Origin: Mycobacteriales bacterium
GTDB taxonomy: Bacteria; Actinomycetota; Actinomycetes; Mycobacteriales; SCTD01
Assembly (NCBI GenBank): GCA_046595815.1
Contig: JBKJSN010000088.1
Location: 10,264-74,263, forward strand
Direction of reading: 5' to 3'
Length of the DNA stretch: 64,000 nt
Below are positions 31,257-45,291 of the stretch, in pieces (the first letter of the stretch is position 1; every line of letters begins with the position of its first letter). A program made the position numbers and the translations under genes. The notes under the pieces were generated by a model. It saw only the letters and a list, made by a program, of their open reading frames with translations. It was not told where the DNA came from and did not search any database.

Positions 31257-31408
31257 TGCCGCGCCCGCTTGAAGTAGGCGACCAGCTGCTCGGCGTTCGG
31301 GCCGGGCACGACCTGGACCAGTTCCCAGCCGTCCTCGCCGAAGTTGTCGAGGATCTGCTTGGTCGCATGGATGAGCAAGGGCGCCGTCATGTACTCCCAC
31401 TTCTGCAT
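31253..31408 (-). CDS. DUF4177-domain small protein
   Basis: 51 aa: MQKWEYMTAPLLIHATKQILDNFGEDGWELVQVVPGPNAEQLVAYFKRARQ. Confidence 0.75.
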   Translation of the reverse strand: MQKWEYMTAPLLIHATKQILDNFGEDGWELVQVVPGPNAEQLVAYFKRARQ

Positions 31409-31473
31409 GTGCGGGAGCCTAGCGAGCGAGCAAAACGGAGCGAGTGCGGCAGCCGACGTCGGCCTGACCCAGG

Positions 31474-31767
31474 TCAGGCGGTGCGCTGGATGAGGCCGCG
31501 CTGGCGCAGCATGCGCCGACGCTCGAGCTCGTTGAGCCCGCCCCAGATGCCGTGCGGCTCCTGCACGGACAGCGAGTACTCCAAGCACTCCTGCTGGACG
31601 GGGCAGGCGCGGCACAAGGCTCTGGCCTTGTCCTCGCGCTCGTCCTTCTCCGGCTTCATCTCAAAGTGCGGGGGCGGGAAGAAGACGGTGGCGTTCTCAC
31701 GACGGCAGGTGGCGCTACCGCGCCACGGGTTGTCGTCGGTCAGGAAGACCCGGGCTGGGGTGCGCAT
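31474..31767 (-). CDS. WhiB-family transcriptional regulator
   Basis: 97 aa. Cys pattern C...C-x2-C-x5-C (ATCRRE ... LCRACPVQQEC) and GIWGG turn. Start set to ATG 31767; the rest of the track ORF is antisense to the ArsA gene. Confidence 0.85.
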   Translation of the reverse strand: MRTPARVFLTDDNPWRGSATCRRENATVFFPPPHFEMKPEKDEREDKARALCRACPVQQECLEYSLSVQEPHGIWGGLNELERRRMLRQRGLIQRTA

Positions 31768-31911
31768 CCTCTGCTGACTCCTTGGAGGTACCGGACACAG
31801 CGTGTGGCCTGTGTCACACGCTGAGTGTTCGTCGGCTCCGGGGGAACTCCTGCTTGAGTGCCCCAAGATCTCTTTTGCCCTGTTGAGGTGACCCAGCCGT
31901 ACTCTCGCGGC

Positions 31912-32889
31912 ATGGCCGACTTCCCCGCTGCCCGCCTGCACGTGGTGACCGGCAAGGGCGGAACCGGCAAGACGACCGTCGCCGCCGCCCTCGCCCTGGC
32001 CCTGGCCCGGGACGGCAAACGCGTCCTGCTGATGGAGGTCGAAGGTCGACAGGGCCTCGGGCAGCTGTTCGACACGCCACCGCTGCCGTACCAGGAGACC
32101 AAGGTCGCGGTTGCCCCCGGCGGGGGGGTCGTGTTCGCGCTGGCCGTCGACGCCGAGGGCGCGCTGCTGGACTACCTGCACATGTTCTACAAGATCTCCC
32201 CGAACGGCATCCCGGCTCGGACCCTGCGGCGGATCGGCGCGATCGACTTCGCCACGACCATCGCGCCCGGGGTGCGGGACGTCTTGCTGACGGGGAAGAT
32301 CAAGGAGGTCGTCACCCGCAAGGACGGCACGCGTCCCTGGTACGACGCCGTCGTGGTCGACGCTCCGCCCACCGGACGCATCGGCCGCTTCCTCAACATC
32401 ACCCACCAGGTCGGCGGGATCGCCAAGGTGGGCCCGCTCAAGGCCCAGAGCGACGGCGTAATGGCGGTGCTGCAGAGCAAGGTGACCGCCGTGCACCTGG
32501 TGACGCTGCTGGAGGAGATGCCGGTGCAGGAAACCCTCGACGCCGTGGAGGAGCTGCGGGCCCTCGACCTCCCCGTCGGCGGGATCGTGGTCAACATGGT
32601 CCGCCCGCCGGAGCTGCAGCCGGCCGAGCTGCTGGCCGCAGAGCGGGACGCGCTGGACCTCGCGGCCCTGGAGACTGGGCTCAAGGAGGCCGGCCTGGAT
32701 CCCACGCTGGCACCTGCTCTGGCACGGGAGGCAGGCGAGCACGCTGCTCGAGTGGGGCTCGAGGAGCGGGGAAGGGATGCCCTCCACGAGGTCGACCGCC
32801 CGACGTACGAGCTGCCGCTGCTGGCCGAGGTGGACCTCGGGTCGCTGTATGAGCTGGCCGATGCCCTCCACGAGCAGGGGATGGCGTGA
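31912..32889 (+). CDS. ArsA-family ATPase (anion-transporter-ATPase-like), first of pair
   Basis: Deviant Walker A TGKGGTGKTTVAAALA. Start at ATG 31912 (MADFPAARL). Confidence 0.85.
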   Translation: MADFPAARLHVVTGKGGTGKTTVAAALALALARDGKRVLLMEVEGRQGLGQLFDTPPLPYQETKVAVAPGGGVVFALAVDAEGALLDYLHMFYKISPNGIPARTLRRIGAIDFATTIAPGVRDVLLTGKIKEVVTRKDGTRPWYDAVVVDAPPTGRIGRFLNITHQVGGIAKVGPLKAQSDGVMAVLQSKVTAVHLVTLLEEMPVQETLDAVEELRALDLPVGGIVVNMVRPPELQPAELLAAERDALDLAALETGLKEAGLDPTLAPALAREAGEHAARVGLEERGRDALHEVDRPTYELPLLAEVDLGSLYELADALHEQGMA

Positions 32890-34010
32890 TGAACGTCGAC
32901 GAGCTGCTCGACACCGCCGAGATCATCGTCTGCTGCGGCTCCGGCGGAGTCGGCAAGACGACGACGGCTGCCGCCCTTGCCCTTCGAGCTGCTGAGCGTG
33001 GACGCAAGACCGTCGTGCTCACCATCGACCCGGCGCGCCGGCTGGCACAGTCGATGGGGCTCAGCGAGCTCGACAACATCCCCCGAGCCGTCAAAGGAGT
33101 CGAGGGAGACCTCGACGCCATGATGCTCGACATGAAACGCACGTTCGATGAGATCGTTCTTGCGCACGCGGACCCGGAGAAGGCAGAGCAGATCCTCGCG
33201 AACCCCTTCTACCAAGCCCTGTCGTCGTCGTTCGCCGGGACGCAGGAGTACATGGCGATGGAGAAGCTGGGGCAGCTCAAGGCGACCGGCGAGTACGACC
33301 TCATCGTCGTCGACACCCCGCCGACCCGGTCCGCGCTGGACTTCCTGGACGCGCCCGAGCACCTGAGCACCTTCCTCGACGGCCGGCTGGTCAAGGTGCT
33401 GCTGGCACCCGCGAAGGCCGGTGGCCGCGCGTACCTGAAGGTGTTTGGCGTCTTCACCAACGCGATCAGCCGCATCATCGGGGCCTCGTTCCTGCAGGAC
33501 GTCTCGCAGTTCGTCGGGGCGATGGAGTCGATGTTCGGCGGGTTCCGCGAGCGGGCGCAGGGCACCTACGACCTGCTCAAGGACCCGGCCACGGCCTTCG
33601 TCGTCGTCGCCACACCCGAGCGCGACGCCCTGCGCGAAGCGGCCTACTTCGTCGAGCGCCTGCACCAGGAGGACATGCCGCTGGCAGGGCTCGTCCTGAA
33701 CCGTGTCCACCGCGTCGCCGACACAGGCCTCACCTCAGGTCGTGCCCTGTCGGTCGCTGACGGCCTGGAGCCGGACTCCCTGACGGCCGGTGTCCTGCGA
33801 CTGCACGCCCAGCGAGTCGCTCAGGTACGGCGAGAGGCTCACCTCACGGAGCGCTTCACCAGCGCGCACCCCAAGGTGCCCATGGTGGAGGTAAGCGCTC
33901 AGCCCGGCGACGTGCACGACCTGGACGGCCTGCGCGCCGTGGGCGGCGACCTCAGCGCTGGTGGACGATCGACGCCTGCGCCTCGGAGAACAACCGCGCC
34001 CAGGACGTGA
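32886..34010 (+). CDS. ArsA-family ATPase, second of pair
   Basis: P-loop CGSGGVGKTTTAAALA. GTGATGA junction with the first ATPase (start GTG 32886 or ATG 32889). Confidence 0.85.
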   Translation: MMNVDELLDTAEIIVCCGSGGVGKTTTAAALALRAAERGRKTVVLTIDPARRLAQSMGLSELDNIPRAVKGVEGDLDAMMLDMKRTFDEIVLAHADPEKAEQILANPFYQALSSSFAGTQEYMAMEKLGQLKATGEYDLIVVDTPPTRSALDFLDAPEHLSTFLDGRLVKVLLAPAKAGGRAYLKVFGVFTNAISRIIGASFLQDVSQFVGAMESMFGGFRERAQGTYDLLKDPATAFVVVATPERDALREAAYFVERLHQEDMPLAGLVLNRVHRVADTGLTSGRALSVADGLEPDSLTAGVLRLHAQRVAQVRREAHLTERFTSAHPKVPMVEVSAQPGDVHDLDGLRAVGGDLSAGGRSTPAPRRTTAPRT

Positions 34011-34251
34011 CGTCGGGCCTGCGCCTGAGCAGCGCCCGCCGCTCGCGTTCGGTCATGCCGCCCCACACGCCGTACTCGACGCGGTTGTCGAGGGCGTCGG
34101 CCAGGCACGCGGTGCGTACCGGGCAACTGCGGCAGACGAGCTTGGCCAGATTCTGTGCCGCTCCACGTGCGAAGAGCAGGTCAGGGTCACTGGTGTGACA
34201 CAGCGCTTGGGCCGTCCACTCGCGGGTCAGGGTGTCAGTCGTCACCGTCAC
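33952..34251 (-). CDS. whiB4: WhiB-family regulator, WhiB4/WblA ortholog type
   Basis: ALCHTSDPDLLF ... VCRSCPVRTACLADALDNRVEYGVWGGMTERERRALLRRRP closely matches remembered WblA/WhiB4 sequences. Position between the ArsA pair and the PBP matches recalled synteny. Confidence 0.85.
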   Translation of the reverse strand: MTVTTDTLTREWTAQALCHTSDPDLLFARGAAQNLAKLVCRSCPVRTACLADALDNRVEYGVWGGMTERERRALLRRRPDVTSWARLFSEAQASIVHQR

Positions 34252-34411
34252 GGTTCATGTCCTTGCTCTCCGTGCTGCCAGGGATCAGGCGGCAGTGCAC
34301 AGAACGTACGAGACAGGCACGAACGTGCGGCAGTGTCCGAACGGACCTTTACGGGTAGTCCGTGCGGGCCATAGGCGTAACCCCCTCGAGGTGTCGTCAT
34401 AGGCTCGACAG

Positions 34412-36781
34412 GTGACGACCTCGCCCGTCCTGGCCCGCATCGCAGGCGCCCTGGCCCTCTGCGTCTTGGCTGGCATCTGCCTGGCCGGGCTGCTGCTCCC
34501 CGTGATCGGCACGGTGGGCCTGCTCGGCAAGGCGGGCGCAGATGAATTCCTCGGGCTGCCCGCCGACCTGGACACCCCCGCGCTGGCCCAGCGAAGCAAG
34601 ATCCTGGACCGGGACGGTCGGGTGCTCGCCACGCTGTTCACGGAGAACCGCGTGCGGGTGACCCTCTCCCAGGTCCCCAAGAGCGCGCAGGACGCACTCA
34701 TCGCGATCGAGGACAGCCGGTTCAGGGAGCACCGCGGGATCGACGTGAAGGGCACTTTCCGCGCCCTCGCCCGCAACTCCAGCTCCGGCTCGGTGCAGCA
34801 GGGCGGCTCGACCCTCACGCAGCAGTACGTCAAGAACGTGCTCATCGAGAGCGCCCGGACCAAGGCTGGGCAGGACGCCGCACGGGAGCGCTCGGTGCAG
34901 CGCAAGCTCCAGGAGGCGCGCTACGCGCTCACTCTGGAACGCACGCTCACCAAGGACCAGATCCTCGAGGGCTACCTGAACATCGCCTACTACGGCAACG
35001 GGGTCTACGGGATCGGTACGGCGGCGGCTCACTACTGGGGTGTTCCGGTGTCCAAGCTGACGGTGGCCCAGGGCGCACTGCTCGCCGGCATGGTGCAGAA
35101 CCCCCGAAGGTTCGACCCACAGGACAACCCGCGCGACTCCGTGGCCCGCCGCAACGTCGTGCTGCGTCGGATGCGCGACCTTGGGTACCTCACCGAGCAG
35201 CAGGCGACGGCCGCCTCGCGCGCTGGGCTGGGGCTGCGCATCACCAATGTCCGCAGCGGGTGCGAGGCGCCGGGCGTCACCGCCCCGTTCTTCTGCGACT
35301 ACGTCCGCCGCTACCTCGAGGACGGGCCCGCGGGCAGTGCCCTCGGTGCCACGCGGCAGGAGCGGCAAGCCGTGCTGCTCGCGGGTGGGTTGACGATCAA
35401 GACCACCCTCGACGCGAAGGTGCAGCGGGCCGCGCAAGGGGCGGTGGACCAGCAGGTCCCCCGCAACGACCCCTTCGGCGCGGCGGCGGTCGCAGACGTG
35501 GTGGAGCCCGGGACCGGGGCGGTGCGGGCGATGGCCGTCAACCGGGGCTTCGGGAGCGGTCGACGCGAGACCAAGGTCAACCTCGCCCTCGGCGGAACCC
35601 TTGGTTTCCAAGGTGGTTCGACCTTCAAGATGTTCACGCTGGCGCATGCGATCCAAATGGGCATCTCGCCCCAGCTCACGCTCTACGCACCTCGCAGCTA
35701 CTGCCCCAAGGCCTACTCCTACAAGCTCGCCGACGGCGGCTGCCCCGGCAACGCCGGCGACTCGGAGTCTGGGCGCTTCACGTTGGTCAAGGCGACGTGG
35801 GAGTCGGTGAACACCTACTTCCTGCAGCTGGCTGAACGCACCGGGCTCGCGGCGCCGATCGGACTGGCCGAGGCCATGGGCGTGCGCCAGGTGAACGGCA
35901 CCTTCGAGGGCGAGCGGTTCAAGCGCTACGGCTCCTTCGTGCTCGGGTCGCCGGGTGTGAGCCCGCTCGCCATGGCCGGTGCGTACGCAGCACTGGCCGC
36001 CCGCGGGCAGTACTGCCCCCCGAACCCCATCGCCGGCATCACCGACAGCCAGGGAAAGCCCCTGCCGCTGCCGAGCTCGCCGTGCTCACAGGCGCTCGAG
36101 CCGGACGCGGCAGACACGGTCACGGCGATCCTGCGCGGCGTCATCGACGGGCCACTGCCGGCACGGACCGGCAAGGGTGCCTCGATCGGGCGGCCCGCGG
36201 CGGGCAAGACCGGCACCACAAATGACAGCAAGGCCGCCTGGTTCGTCGGCTACACGCCGGAGCTGGCCACGGCGGTCTGGGTCGGCAAGCCCACGCCCAC
36301 TCCGATGCGGGGGGTGCGCATCAACGGCCGCTACTACAAGGCTGTGTACGGCGGATCGCTCCCGGCACCCATCTGGCGCCAGGTGATGAAGGGGGCTCTC
36401 AAGGGCGTTCCGGTGTCGAACTTCCAGGCCCCGGCCACGCTGGACGAGGGGACCAAGGTCGCGGTGCCGAACGTTGCCGGACTGCCCGTGGACGCCGCCA
36501 CCGACCTTCTGCGTGAGGCGGGCTTCGGCGTCACGGTGGGCGCTGCGGTGAACGCGGGCCCTGTCCCCGCCGGGATCGTGGCCCGCACCAACCCCGCAGC
36601 GGGCACCGAGCTGCCGGCCGGGTCGTCGGTGACGATCCTGCCGTCCAACGGGATCGCTCCGGTCGCGACGCCGACACCCACGCCCTCACCGACGAAGCCG
36701 GGCAACGGACCACCTCCGCCGCCACCCACGGGCACGCCCTCACCGACCCCGAGCCCGACGAAGAAGAACAACGGCCGCTAG
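34412..36781 (+). CDS. ponA2: class A penicillin-binding protein (transglycosylase/transpeptidase) with C-terminal PASTA domain (PonA2-like)
   Basis: GT51 motifs ([24 protein letters not shown]). Transpeptidase motifs STFK and KTGT. PASTA-like segment and Pro-rich tail. GTG start. Confidence 0.9.
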   Translation: MTTSPVLARIAGALALCVLAGICLAGLLLPVIGTVGLLGKAGADEFLGLPADLDTPALAQRSKILDRDGRVLATLFTENRVRVTLSQVPKSAQDALIAIEDSRFREHRGIDVKGTFRALARNSSSGSVQQGGSTLTQQYVKNVLIESARTKAGQDAARERSVQRKLQEARYALTLERTLTKDQILEGYLNIAYYGNGVYGIGTAAAHYWGVPVSKLTVAQGALLAGMVQNPRRFDPQDNPRDSVARRNVVLRRMRDLGYLTEQQATAASRAGLGLRITNVRSGCEAPGVTAPFFCDYVRRYLEDGPAGSALGATRQERQAVLLAGGLTIKTTLDAKVQRAAQGAVDQQVPRNDPFGAAAVADVVEPGTGAVRAMAVNRGFGSGRRETKVNLALGGTLGFQGGSTFKMFTLAHAIQMGISPQLTLYAPRSYCPKAYSYKLADGGCPGNAGDSESGRFTLVKATWESVNTYFLQLAERTGLAAPIGLAEAMGVRQVNGTFEGERFKRYGSFVLGSPGVSPLAMAGAYAALAARGQYCPPNPIAGITDSQGKPLPLPSSPCSQALEPDAADTVTAILRGVIDGPLPARTGKGASIGRPAAGKTGTTNDSKAAWFVGYTPELATAVWVGKPTPTPMRGVRINGRYYKAVYGGSLPAPIWRQVMKGALKGVPVSNFQAPATLDEGTKVAVPNVAGLPVDAATDLLREAGFGVTVGAAVNAGPVPAGIVARTNPAAGTELPAGSSVTILPSNGIAPVATPTPTPSPTKPGNGPPPPPPTGTPSPTPSPTKKNNGR

Positions 36782-37230
36782 CCCAGCGCCGCCCGCACAG
36801 CAGTAGCGACGCGACCACCCTCGGCGCGGCCGGCGACCTTGGCCCCGGCAGCCTTCATGACCGCGCCCATCGCCTGGGGCCCGCTCGCCCCGGTCTCGGC
36901 GACCGCCTCGGCGACAACAGCGGCGAGCTCCTCGTCGGAGAGCTGGGCGGGCAGGTAGGCCGCGATGACCACCTCCTCGGCGAGCTCGCGCTCGGCCCGC
37001 TCCTGGGCGCCCCCGGCGTGGTAGGCCTCGGCCGCCTCCCGCCGCTTCTTGCCCTCGCGGGCAAGCACCTTCAGCTCCTCGTCCTCCGACAGCGAGCGCG
37101 CCTGCTTGCCGGCGACCTCCTCGTTGCCGATCGCCGTCAGCACCATGCGAAGAGTGGCTCGCACGAGCTCGTCCTGAGCCTTCATCGCAGCCGTCAGGTC
37201 TGTCTGCAGTCGATCCTTCAGCGCTCCCAT
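36778..37230 (-). CDS. GatB/YqeY-domain protein
   Basis: Start at ATG 37230 ([21 protein letters not shown]). Typical YqeY sequence throughout. Confidence 0.85.
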   Translation of the reverse strand: MGALKDRLQTDLTAAMKAQDELVRATLRMVLTAIGNEEVAGKQARSLSEDEELKVLAREGKKRREAAEAYHAGGAQERAERELAEEVVIAAYLPAQLSDEELAAVVAEAVAETGASGPQAMGAVMKAAGAKVAGRAEGGRVATAVRAALG

Positions 37231-37294
37231 GGGGCGAAGGCTAGCGACCACACCGGCGCCACGGCTGCGTCCGGTAGTCTCGTCCCCGTTCCAT

Positions 37295-37368
37295 CGGGGT
37301 GTGGCGCAGCTTGGTAGCGCGCTACGTTCGGGACGTAGAGGCCGCAGGTTCAAATCCTGTCACCCCGA
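37295..37368 (+). tRNA. tRNA-Pro (anticodon CGG)
   Basis: Hand-folded cloverleaf: acceptor CGGGGTG/CACCCCG, D arm GCGC/GCGC, anticodon stem CTACG/CGTAG with loop TTCGGGA, T arm GCAGG-TTCAAAT-CCTGT, discriminator A. No encoded CCA. Confidence 0.9.
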
Positions 37369-37423
37369 CTGAGCGAGTGCGAGAGCGCTCGCGTTCTGAG
37401 CCCCTGGCGAGTGATGCCGACGG

Positions 37424-37885
37424 CTACATCTTGAACGGCTGCGGGGGCGGCGCCAGGTCGGCCCGCGGGCAGTCCGCCAGGGTGTACCCGCCGTACCCCA
37501 GCGCCTCGTCGCACATCGACTCGACGGTCCAGCCCTGCGAGGCGCCGATCTTGGTGACCGTTGCGCGGTAGATCGTGATCGCGTACTTCGTCGGCGTGCC
37601 ATAGGCCACGTGCAGGCTCCCCACCAGCTCGGAGCTCCCCGGCTCGTCGGGTGAGTCCCACGGTCGGTCGTAGCGCTGCCAGAGCGTGGGGCTGCTGGAC
37701 CACGTGCCTTCCTGGCGCACGTCGCGCATGGCCAGCTCGACCAGCACCGCACGTGCCGCACTCTCCGGCAGCACCGCCGAAGGTCGGATCACCTCAGTGA
37801 CGGCAACGTCTTCGTACACGGCCGCGGCGAGCTCTTCGAAGGGGTTCACCGTTGCATCATCGGCTACTGGGGCGTCCGAGTTCAC
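37424..37885 (-). CDS. conserved hypothetical protein
   Basis: 153-aa ORF with protein-like composition. No named motif. Confidence 0.55.
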   Translation of the reverse strand: MNSDAPVADDATVNPFEELAAAVYEDVAVTEVIRPSAVLPESAARAVLVELAMRDVRQEGTWSSSPTLWQRYDRPWDSPDEPGSSELVGSLHVAYGTPTKYAITIYRATVTKIGASQGWTVESMCDEALGYGGYTLADCPRADLAPPPQPFKM

Positions 37886-37919
37886 CCCCCAAGCGACTTT
37901 CGTGGGGGATGCCCCGACC

Positions 37920-38374
37920 TCAGGAGGTGGCTGAGGGCTGAGCGGACGGGAACAGCGGTGGGAGCGACTCGGTGGGCGGCGGCGGCGTGGTCTCCACCGG
38001 CGTCGGGCTGGGCGTGGCCGAGGGAGTCGGGCTCGGCGTTGGCGAAGGCGTCGCGCTCGGGGTGGCCGAGGGGGTTGCGCTCGGGGTGGCCGAAGGCGTC
38101 GGCGTGGCGGTCACGAGAGCGGCGTCGCGCTGGATGGCCGCGATCAGCCCGAGCAGCAGCTGAGCGCGAGCCCGGGTGAGCTGGCCGGCGCGTACCTGGT
38201 CCTCGACCTCCTGCTGGAGGTCGGCGGCCGCCGCCCGCAGCCCGGCAAGGTCCCGTGCGTTGGCCTGCTCGACCAGTTGAGCGGTCAGGTCCTGCAACCG
38301 CCCCTGCGGGGTCAGCGTCCCGCCGCTGCACCCCGTCAGCAGGACTGCGCACAGCACGAGCCCGGCGAGGCGCC

Positions 38375-38378
<4 letters not shown>
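37920..38378 (-). CDS. lipoprotein with Pro/Thr/Ser-rich repeat tail
   Basis: Lipobox LLTGCSGG. C-terminal PTPSATPSATPSATPS... repeats. ATGA overlap with the kinase stop. Confidence 0.7.
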
Positions 38379-41750
<3,372 letters not shown>

Positions 41751-41795
41751 GCGGCTAAGGGTACCGAGAGGGGCGCAACCCGTTACGTTCTGGCC

Positions 41796-42710
41796 ATGGC
41801 AGACGCAGCAGTTGTCGCGACCGGCGTACGGCGGTCCTTCGGCACAGTGGAAGCGGTGCGCGGGATCGACCTGACGGCGAGGGCCGGTGAGGTGACTGCG
41901 CTCGTCGGACCCAACGGCGCGGGCAAGACGACGCTGCTGCTGGTGCTGGCGACGCTGCTCGTACCCGACGCGGGCTCGGTGCGGATCGCCGGGTTCGACC
42001 CGGTCACCCAGGCGGACGAGGTGCGGGCCCGGATGGGCTGGAGCCCTGACGTCTTCGGGCTCTACGACAACCTGACCTGCCGCGAGTACCTCACGTTCGT
42101 GGCCGCCGCAATGCGCCTGCCCAAGGCCGCGGGCGAGAGCCGCACCCGCGAGCTGCTCGCGCTGGCCCACCTCGAGGACAAGGCCGACCTGCCGGTGCAC
42201 ACGCTGTCGCGTGGGCAGAAGCAGCGGCTGGGCTTGATGCGCGCACTCGTGCACGACCCTGCGGTGCTGCTGCTCGACGAACCCGCTTCCGGCCTGGACC
42301 CGCGCAGCCGGGTGGACCTGCGGGCGCTGCTGCGCGAGCTGGCCGGGCAGGGCAAGGCGGTGCTCGTCTCCAGCCACCTGCTCGGCGACCTCGAGGAGCT
42401 GTCGGACCGGGTGGTGTTCGTCGACCGGGGTCTCACGGTGGGCGAGCACGCGATGGACGCGCTGCCGACCAACACCGCGGCACACCCCTGGCGACTGCGG
42501 GCGCTGGCTGCGGAGGCCCTCGTGACTGCCCTCGACAGCCTCGCGGTGCCGCACGGAGACCCGACGCCCGCGGGGGTCGACGTGCTGCTGGACGGCGACG
42601 ATGCCGCCGCGGACCTGATAGCGAAACTGGTGAAGGCGAAGGTGCCCCTCGTGTCCTGCCAACCCGTCGGAGGCCACCTCGAGGCTGCCTACCTGGAGCT
42701 GACGCGATGA
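41796..42710 (+). CDS. ABC transporter ATP-binding protein
   Basis: Walker [10 protein letters not shown], signature LSRGQKQRL, Walker B LLLDEP. Start at ATG 41796. Confidence 0.9.
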   Translation: MADAAVVATGVRRSFGTVEAVRGIDLTARAGEVTALVGPNGAGKTTLLLVLATLLVPDAGSVRIAGFDPVTQADEVRARMGWSPDVFGLYDNLTCREYLTFVAAAMRLPKAAGESRTRELLALAHLEDKADLPVHTLSRGQKQRLGLMRALVHDPAVLLLDEPASGLDPRSRVDLRALLRELAGQGKAVLVSSHLLGDLEELSDRVVFVDRGLTVGEHAMDALPTNTAAHPWRLRALAAEALVTALDSLAVPHGDPTPAGVDVLLDGDDAAADLIAKLVKAKVPLVSCQPVGGHLEAAYLELTR

Positions 42711-43789
42711 GCCAGCTTCGCTGGGACGGGATCGTCACCGTGGCGCGCCAGGAGTTCACGCTCCGCATCCGCGCAGGTCGCTGGCGCTGGCTGCTCGCGA
42801 TCTGGTTCGTCGTCGTGAGCGGCTTCACGGTGCTGGTGCACCTGGCGGTCCGAGCCGGCTACCGGGACGCGGAGAACAAGGGCGTCGTGGTCTACGGCGC
42901 GCTGGTGCTGTTCGTGCTGGCGCTCGCGCTGCTCGTCGTACCGTCCCTCACCGGACAGTCGGTGAACGGCGACCGTGAGCGCGGAACCCTGGCCACGCTG
43001 CAGGTCACGCGGCTGTCGGCACTGGAGATCGCCGTCGGCAAGCTCGTCGCGGCCTGGGGCACGGCGCTGGTGTTCCTGGCCCTGGCGTTCCCCGCCGTCC
43101 TCTACAGCCTGTCCCTCGGAGGCATCCCGTTCTCCCGGGTGCCGGTGGTGACGGTCGTCGTCGCGCTGCTGCTCGGCGTGATCGCCGCGCTGGCGCTGTG
43201 CCTGTCCTCACTGCTGGCCCGCAGCACCACCTCCGGCGTGCTGTCCTATCTCGTGGTGTTCGTCCTCTCCCTGGGGACCCTGATCGTCTTCGGCATCGGG
43301 GCTGCGCTGAGCACCGAGCACTACATCGAGAACAGCACTTGCCCCTCGCGGGAGGAGCTGCTGCAGCAGGGCTTCCCGGAGAACGACATCGACCGCATCA
43401 CCTCCGACTGCCAGGTCTCGACGTACGAGACGACGCGCGCTCGCACGGACCGGGTGTGGTGGCTGCTCGCCCCCAACCCCTTCGTCATCGTGGCCGATGC
43501 CGCGCCGCAACTGCCGAAGGAGACCGCGGCCGAGCGACAGTCCCGCCTCGCCGATGAGCAGGCCGGGCGCAACCACGAGGACCTGCGCGGCAGCGACCCG
43601 CTGGGCGCGATCGGCCGAGGGGTACGCGACCTGCGCCACCCGCCGGGCAAGGAGGGCGGCGAGCGCAAGCCGGTCTGGCCGTATGGCCTGGCGTTCGACG
43701 TACTCCTCGGGGTCGGCGCGGTGTGGCTGACATCTCGGCGGCTGCAGGCCCCGTCGCGCACGCTGCCGAAGGGGCAGCGGGTCGCCTGA
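42707..43789 (+). CDS. ABC-2-type transporter permease
   Basis: 360 aa with multiple TM helices. 4-nt overlap with the ATPase gene. Confidence 0.75.
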   Translation: MSQLRWDGIVTVARQEFTLRIRAGRWRWLLAIWFVVVSGFTVLVHLAVRAGYRDAENKGVVVYGALVLFVLALALLVVPSLTGQSVNGDRERGTLATLQVTRLSALEIAVGKLVAAWGTALVFLALAFPAVLYSLSLGGIPFSRVPVVTVVVALLLGVIAALALCLSSLLARSTTSGVLSYLVVFVLSLGTLIVFGIGAALSTEHYIENSTCPSREELLQQGFPENDIDRITSDCQVSTYETTRARTDRVWWLLAPNPFVIVADAAPQLPKETAAERQSRLADEQAGRNHEDLRGSDPLGAIGRGVRDLRHPPGKEGGERKPVWPYGLAFDVLLGVGAVWLTSRRLQAPSRTLPKGQRVA

Positions 43790-43810
43790 GGCTGCCCCTA
43801 CGCCTGCGGC

Positions 43811-44638
43811 TTAGCCGAAGGCGCCGCTGGGCAGGTACGGCGACATCATCGGCTGACCGCGCAGCGCGATCGAGGCACCGCTGCTGAGGGTGAGGCGTGC
43901 GTCCAAGCAGACGTCGATCGCCCACTGCTGGTTGGCCGCCAGCCAGTCCACCTCGACCGGCTCGGTGGCCTCGGCGAGCACCGTCCAGAGCAGGTCGCGC
44001 GCGGTCTGTTCCTCGGTCGCGGCGAGCAACAGGGCCGAGTCCTTACGGAAGACGGCGAAGCCCTTGCCCGGCCGGACCACGATGCGATTGGGCCCCTGCA
44101 CGAAGTAGTCGACCTCCGTTCCGAGCCGTGCGCCGCGGACCGCTAGGAGCACGTCGTCGAGGGTCCCGCGGTCGCCGTCGTACTCGCGGATCCCTGTGAT
44201 CGCAGGCATTTTGCTCAGGTCAGGGCGGCCCTTGGCGGTGTACGTCGGGTGCATCGCAAAGCCGGCCCGCTGGTATCGCCGTACCGCTGCGGGCTCCACG
44301 GTGGACAGGATCCAGGAGCGGTCGGTCGCGGTGGTCAGCGCGGCATCAAGCAGCTCGCGGCCGATCCCCTTGCCCTGCAGGCCCGGTTTGACGATGAGCA
44401 GCGACAGGAACCACATGCCGTCGCGGACCAGCGCCAGCGCGCAGCCGACGGGCTCGCCGTCGATCTCGGCGACCCAGGCGCTGTCCGGATCGGTGCGCCG
44501 CAGGTGGGAGATGCGCATGGTGCCGCGGGCGCGGACCTCGTCGGTGAACTCGTGAGGCGGCTCGCCCATGCGCACGGCCAGGTCGTGGAAGGTCACGTAC
44601 TGGACGTCGACGAGGGCCGCGACGTCCTCAGGCAGCAT
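43811..44638 (-). CDS. GNAT-family N-acetyltransferase
   Basis: Acetyl-CoA motif LQGKGIGRELLD. Start ATG 44638 (alternative GTG 44650); the track ORF upstream overlaps recR. Confidence 0.75.
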   Translation of the reverse strand: MLPEDVAALVDVQYVTFHDLAVRMGEPPHEFTDEVRARGTMRISHLRRTDPDSAWVAEIDGEPVGCALALVRDGMWFLSLLIVKPGLQGKGIGRELLDAALTTATDRSWILSTVEPAAVRRYQRAGFAMHPTYTAKGRPDLSKMPAITGIREYDGDRGTLDDVLLAVRGARLGTEVDYFVQGPNRIVVRPGKGFAVFRKDSALLLAATEEQTARDLLWTVLAEATEPVEVDWLAANQQWAIDVCLDARLTLSSGASIALRGQPMMSPYLPSGAFG

Positions 44639-44691
44639 CGGTCGGATCACCCGGCCACCCCACCACAGAGCGGCGCGGCCGCCCAGTGGTT

Positions 44692-45291
44692 TCAGACGTC
44701 GAGGGTGCGCCGGCCCTCGAAGGCCCGGCCGAGGGTGACCTCGTCGGCGTACTCGAGGTCGCCGCCGACCGGCAGGCCACTGGCGAGCCGGGTCACCCGC
44801 AGGCCCATCGGCTTCACGAGACGGGCGAGGTACGCCGCCGTGGCCTCCCCCTCGAGGTTCGGGTCGGTGGCGAGGATGAGCTCGGTGACCACGCCGTCGG
44901 CCAGGCGCGTCATGAGCTCGCGTACGCGGAGGTCGTCCGGGCCGATGCCTTCGATCGGGGAGATCGCGCCGCCGAGCACGTGGTAGCGGCCGCGGAACTC
45001 GCGGGTCTTCTCGACTGCGACGACGTCCTTGCTCTCCTCGACGACGCAGATCACCGACAGGTCGCGCCGGGGGTCGCGGCAGATGCGGCACTCGTCCTGC
45101 TCGCTGACGTTGCCGCAGATGCGGCAGAACCGCACCTTGTCCTTCACCTCGGTGAGGACGTGCACCAGCCGCTTCACATCCGCCGGGTCGGAGGCCAGCA
45201 GGTGGAAGGCGATCCGCTGCGCGCTCTTGGGACCGACGCCCGGCAGTCGCCCGAGCTCATCGATCAGGTCCTGGACCGCGCCCTCGTACAC
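44692..45291 (-). CDS. recR: recombination protein RecR
   Basis: HhH ([17 protein letters not shown]), C4 zinc finger (CRICGNV...CRIC), Toprim domain. Confidence 0.95.
   Translation of the reverse strand: MYEGAVQDLIDELGRLPGVGPKSAQRIAFHLLASDPADVKRLVHVLTEVKDKVRFCRICGNVSEQDECRICRDPRRDLSVICVVEESKDVVAVEKTREFRGRYHVLGGAISPIEGIGPDDLRVRELMTRLADGVVTELILATDPNLEGEATAAYLARLVKPMGLRVTRLASGLPVGGDLEYADEVTLGRAFEGRRTLDV

Noticed and set aside
31768-32871. Upstream 367 codons of the 465-aa minus ORF ending in the WhiB domain
   Set aside because: It is antisense to the first ArsA-like ATPase. The Wbl protein is complete from ATG 31767.
37985-38100. Apparent DNA tandem repeats
   Set aside because: They encode the PTPSATPS linker of the lipoprotein. 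This is low-complexity coding sequence rather than a structural DNA repeat. Similar linkers occur in the FnIII protein and the PBP tail.
41751-41795. Lysine or other riboswitch upstream of ask
   Set aside because: Only 45 nt separate the divergent ask and ABC ATPase start codons, which leaves no room for a riboswitch aptamer.
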